Assembly: GCA_002898935.1 (NCBI GenBank)
Contig: BEII01000001.1
Span: forward strand, 1-27,788
Length of the DNA stretch: 27,788 nt
Source: a bacterium HR32
GTDB taxonomy: Bacteria; Sysuimicrobiota; Sysuimicrobiia; Sysuimicrobiales; Sysuimicrobiaceae
Reading direction: 5' to 3'
Positions 25,480 to 27,788 of the stretch are shown piece by piece. Both the position numbers and the translations under genes were made by a program. The notes under the pieces are model-generated. The model saw only the letters and a program-made list of their open reading frames with translations, searched no databases and was not told where the DNA came from. Every line of letters starts with the position of its first letter. The stretch's first letter is position 1.

Positions 25480-26468
25480 GGCGAACGCTCCGCCCGCGGC
25501 CCGACCCTCCGGAGGTCGAACCACAGGTCCACCAAACCCAACGCCACCATGGCGAACGTGCCCAGGTCGCCCAGCAGGAACACGGCCACCACCGCCAACA
25601 CCCGACCTGCCTTCGGCACCTCGCGGGCCGCCAGGTAGTGCAAGAGGGTCAGGAACCCGAAGAAGGCAAACGTGAGCACGCTGAGCATGAACCCGTTGGC
25701 GACCAGTGTCCGGCCTACCTCGGGCAGCCACGGCTGCACCACGGCACCCGCCAGCACCGGGCCCACCAGCACGAGCCCCCCTGCGGGCGGCAGCCGCCAC
25801 GTGAGGATGGGCGCAAACCCCGGCAGCTCGGTGCCCAGCCGGCGCATGACGTGCCGGGCCAGCGTGTAGGAACCGTACGACCACAGCGTGACCCCGAGCA
25901 CGAGCGCTGCGGGCAGGATGGTGCGCAACAGACCCGGCATCTGCCGCGCCAGCAGCTCCATCTGCTGGACCTGCTGCGGAGGGGCCCCCAGCCTACGGCT
26001 CAGGTCCGCAGCCGCTTGTGCGCCCCGCACCTGCGCTTCCACCACCGCCTCCAGGGGATCCAGGCCGACCAGGAACCGGGTTACCGCGAGGCTCACGAGC
26101 GTCACCCCTAGGCCCACTACAGCCCCCCAAAGCACGGCCCGGGGTGCCAGCCCTTCGCCACCCCGACGGGCCAGGACGCCCTGCACCACACCCACCGGCG
26201 CGAACACCCCCACGAACAGGAGGCCCTGCGGGAACCCGAAGAAGGGCGAAAGCACCAGACCCGCCACCACGGCACTCAGCGCCGCCGTCCGCACGCCCCG
26301 GCGGTAGGTGAGGACGAACAGCGGCAGGGGCGCGGCCACTAGGCCCAGGGAGCCAAACAGGGCCACGAGCAGCGCCACCAGCACGGTGAGCGCTGCCAGA
26401 AGAGCTCCTTCCGTCAGGCTCGCGGTGCGCTCGCGCACCGGGGTGGGCCCGGCCCGAACGTTCGCCAT
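25476..26468 (-). CDS. DUF2232/YybS-family membrane protein
   Basis: LTEGALLAAL N-terminus, many TM segments, C-terminal LGLVDLWFDLRR; position between rpsR and rplI. Confidence 0.85.
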   Translation of the reverse strand: MANVRAGPTPVRERTASLTEGALLAALTVLVALLVALFGSLGLVAAPLPLFVLTYRRGVRTAALSAVVAGLVLSPFFGFPQGLLFVGVFAPVGVVQGVLARRGGEGLAPRAVLWGAVVGLGVTLVSLAVTRFLVGLDPLEAVVEAQVRGAQAAADLSRRLGAPPQQVQQMELLARQMPGLLRTILPAALVLGVTLWSYGSYTLARHVMRRLGTELPGFAPILTWRLPPAGGLVLVGPVLAGAVVQPWLPEVGRTLVANGFMLSVLTFAFFGFLTLLHYLAAREVPKAGRVLAVVAVFLLGDLGTFAMVALGLVDLWFDLRRVGPRAERSP

Positions 26469-26506
26469 GGTCCTCCGGCCCGCCTAGACCCCGGGCCCTG
26501 CCGGCC

Positions 26507-26761
26507 CTAGTCCGCGGTGTAGGGGAGCAACGCGAGCTCGCGGGCCCGCTTGATGGCCACCGCCAGCATGCGCTGGTGCTTGGCGCACGTGCCCGTCACG
26601 CGGCGGGGCAGGATCTTCCCGCGCTCGGACACGAACCGGCGCAGGCGGTTGCCGTCCTTGTAGTCCACGAACCGCGCCCGCTCCGAGCAGAAGCTGCACA
26701 CCTTCCGCCGGGGGCGCCGGGGCCTCCACTCCCGCTTCTCCTTCTTCTCCTTCTCCGCCAT
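26507..26761 (-). CDS. rpsR: 30S ribosomal protein S18 (Zn-binding form)
   Basis: [37 protein letters not shown]. Confidence 0.97.
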   Translation of the reverse strand: MAEKEKKEKREWRPRRPRRKVCSFCSERARFVDYKDGNRLRRFVSERGKILPRRVTGTCAKHQRMLAVAIKRARELALLPYTAD

Positions 26762-26782
26762 TCCGCCTGACCTCCTCACACC

Positions 26783-27181
26783 TCAGAAGGGCACGTCTTC
26801 CTCTTCCGGCTCCGGCGCGGGCTCGAACTCCTCCGTCGCCGCGGCCTCTGGCGCGGGCTCCGCCTTGCGGTCCAGGAACCGCACCGCCTCCGCCACCACC
26901 TCCACCGCCCGGCGCCGCTGTCCGTCCTGGGACTCGTACTCACGGATCTGCAGCCGGCCGTCCACCGCCACCAGCCGTCCCTTCGCTAGGTGCGCGGACA
27001 CCTGCTCGGCCAGCTTGCGCCACGCCACCACGGGGATTAAGTCCGTCTTGCGCTCGCCCTGGGCGTTGGCGAAGGGGCGGTCCACCGCCAGGGTGAAGGT
27101 GGCCACGGGCTGGCCGCTGGGCAGGTAGCGTAGCTCAGGGTCGCGGGTGAGCCGGCCGATCAACACCACGCGGTTCAGCAC
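26783..27181 (-). CDS. ssb: Single-stranded DNA-binding protein
   Basis: LNRVVLIGRLTRDPELRY, GRLQIREY, acidic tail EEEDVPF. Confidence 0.97.
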   Translation of the reverse strand: MLNRVVLIGRLTRDPELRYLPSGQPVATFTLAVDRPFANAQGERKTDLIPVVAWRKLAEQVSAHLAKGRLVAVDGRLQIREYESQDGQRRRAVEVVAEAVRFLDRKAEPAPEAAATEEFEPAPEPEEEDVPF

Positions 27182-27537
27182 CCCGCCTCACCTCCCCCGG
27201 CCGGGACCGCCTCCGCAGCCACCGGCGCGGGTGCCTCCGGGGCCTGGACCGGCACCGCCTCGCACACGAGGAACCGGATGACCTCCTCGTGCAGCGCCAC
27301 CGCGGACTTCAAGTCCTGCACGCGCTGGCCGTCCAGGTCGAACCGGACGAGCACGTAGTAGCCCTCCCGGTGCTTCCGGATGGGGTAAGCCAGGCGTCGC
27401 TTGCCCCAGGGCTCCGTGGAGCGCACCTCCCCGCCGCGTTCCACGATCCGCGCCGTCACCCGCTCCACCGCGGCCCGGACCTGCGCTTCGTCCAGGTCGG
27501 GCCGAAGGATGAACACCATTTCGTAGGGCTTGCGCAC
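27175..27537 (-). CDS. rpsF: 30S ribosomal protein S6
   Basis: YEMVFILRPDL, WGKRRLAYPIRK, GYYVL, EVIRFL. Confidence 0.97.
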   Translation of the reverse strand: MRKPYEMVFILRPDLDEAQVRAAVERVTARIVERGGEVRSTEPWGKRRLAYPIRKHREGYYVLVRFDLDGQRVQDLKSAVALHEEVIRFLVCEAVPVQAPEAPAPVAAEAVPAGGGEAGC

Positions 27538-27540
27538 CGT

Positions 27541-27598
27541 CTCCCTCCCTCGGACAGGGAATCTTCCCCGGTCTCCGCCGCGCGGAGACGAGAAGGGT
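27541..27598 (-). ncRNA. Probable S6:S18 ribosomal protein leader RNA
   Basis: CCCUUCU can pair with the SD region AGGGAGGG; inner hairpin GUCUCCG/CGGAGAC followed by a CCG motif and a small GGGA/UCCC hairpin; directly upstream of rpsF. Confidence 0.65.
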
Positions 27599-27638
27599 AA
27601 GTCACGGCCCCGCGGGGCCGCGCAGACCCAGCCGGACG

Positions 27639-27668
27639 ATTCTACCAGACCCCTCGGAGGGTTGTCAG
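27639..27668 (-). promoter_or_regulatory. Sigma70 promoter for the rpsF operon
   Basis: CTGACA-N18-TAGAAT with TGn extension. Confidence 0.65.
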
Positions 27669-27675
27669 GCAGGCC

Positions 27676-27788
27676 TCAGTCGTCCCGGAACAGGCCCGCG
27701 GGCGGGGTGGGGGCCGACCGTCCCCGGCGGCGGGGCTTGGCCGCCCGCTCGCCGTTGTTCTTACGGGCCAAAAGCTCCCGCTTGGTCC
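27676..27788 (-). CDS. C-terminal end of an unidentified upstream CDS
   Basis: Open frame from the window edge TKRELLARKNNGERAAKPRRRGRSAPTPPAGLFRDD* ends just before the rpsF promoter; no family recognised. Confidence 0.35.
   Translation of the reverse strand, partial: TKRELLARKNNGERAAKPRRRGRSAPTPPAGLFRDD

Noticed and set aside
8-27600. Other long overlapping or antisense ORFs (e.g. 51-1985, 5628-7070, 13843-15579, 17318-19951, 21173-22762) and long 5' extensions of iolD, iclR, iolB, iolG and the permease
   Set aside because: No family motifs; they lie antisense or out of frame to genes with clear motifs, RBSs and coupled start/stop overlaps.
1-27788. CRISPR arrays, tRNA or rRNA genes
   Set aside because: No regularly spaced direct repeats or tRNA/rRNA signatures; intergenic gaps are short and otherwise explained.

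Overview
High-GC bacterial chromosomal window with three blocks. (1) 1-13989: myo-inositol catabolic cluster (iolB-iolC-IclR regulator, iolD-iolA-iolM-like dehydrogenase-sugar ABC transporter-iolG-TIM-barrel epimerase on the minus strand; iolE divergent). An AAA+/DUF4143 ATPase-nuclease gene in the opposite orientation splits it, and the IolM-like gene has an in-frame TGA where homologues appear to have Trp. (2) 13990-20460: FMN riboswitch with loop insertions plus ECF riboflavin S component, inositol monophosphatase plus an eIF-2B-like protein lacking the R15P-isomerase catalytic pair, GNAT, citrate synthase, URO-D-like protein, M23 peptidase and a Pro-rich exported protein. (3) 20510-27788: rpsF-ssb-rpsR-DUF2232-rplI-lonC-dnaB with an S6:S18-type leader, a P-loop intein with a decayed homing endonuclease in DnaB, and degenerate DnaA boxes upstream of dnaB. 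No tRNA, rRNA, CRISPR array or transposase recognised. All homology calls come from motif recognition by eye; no searches were run.
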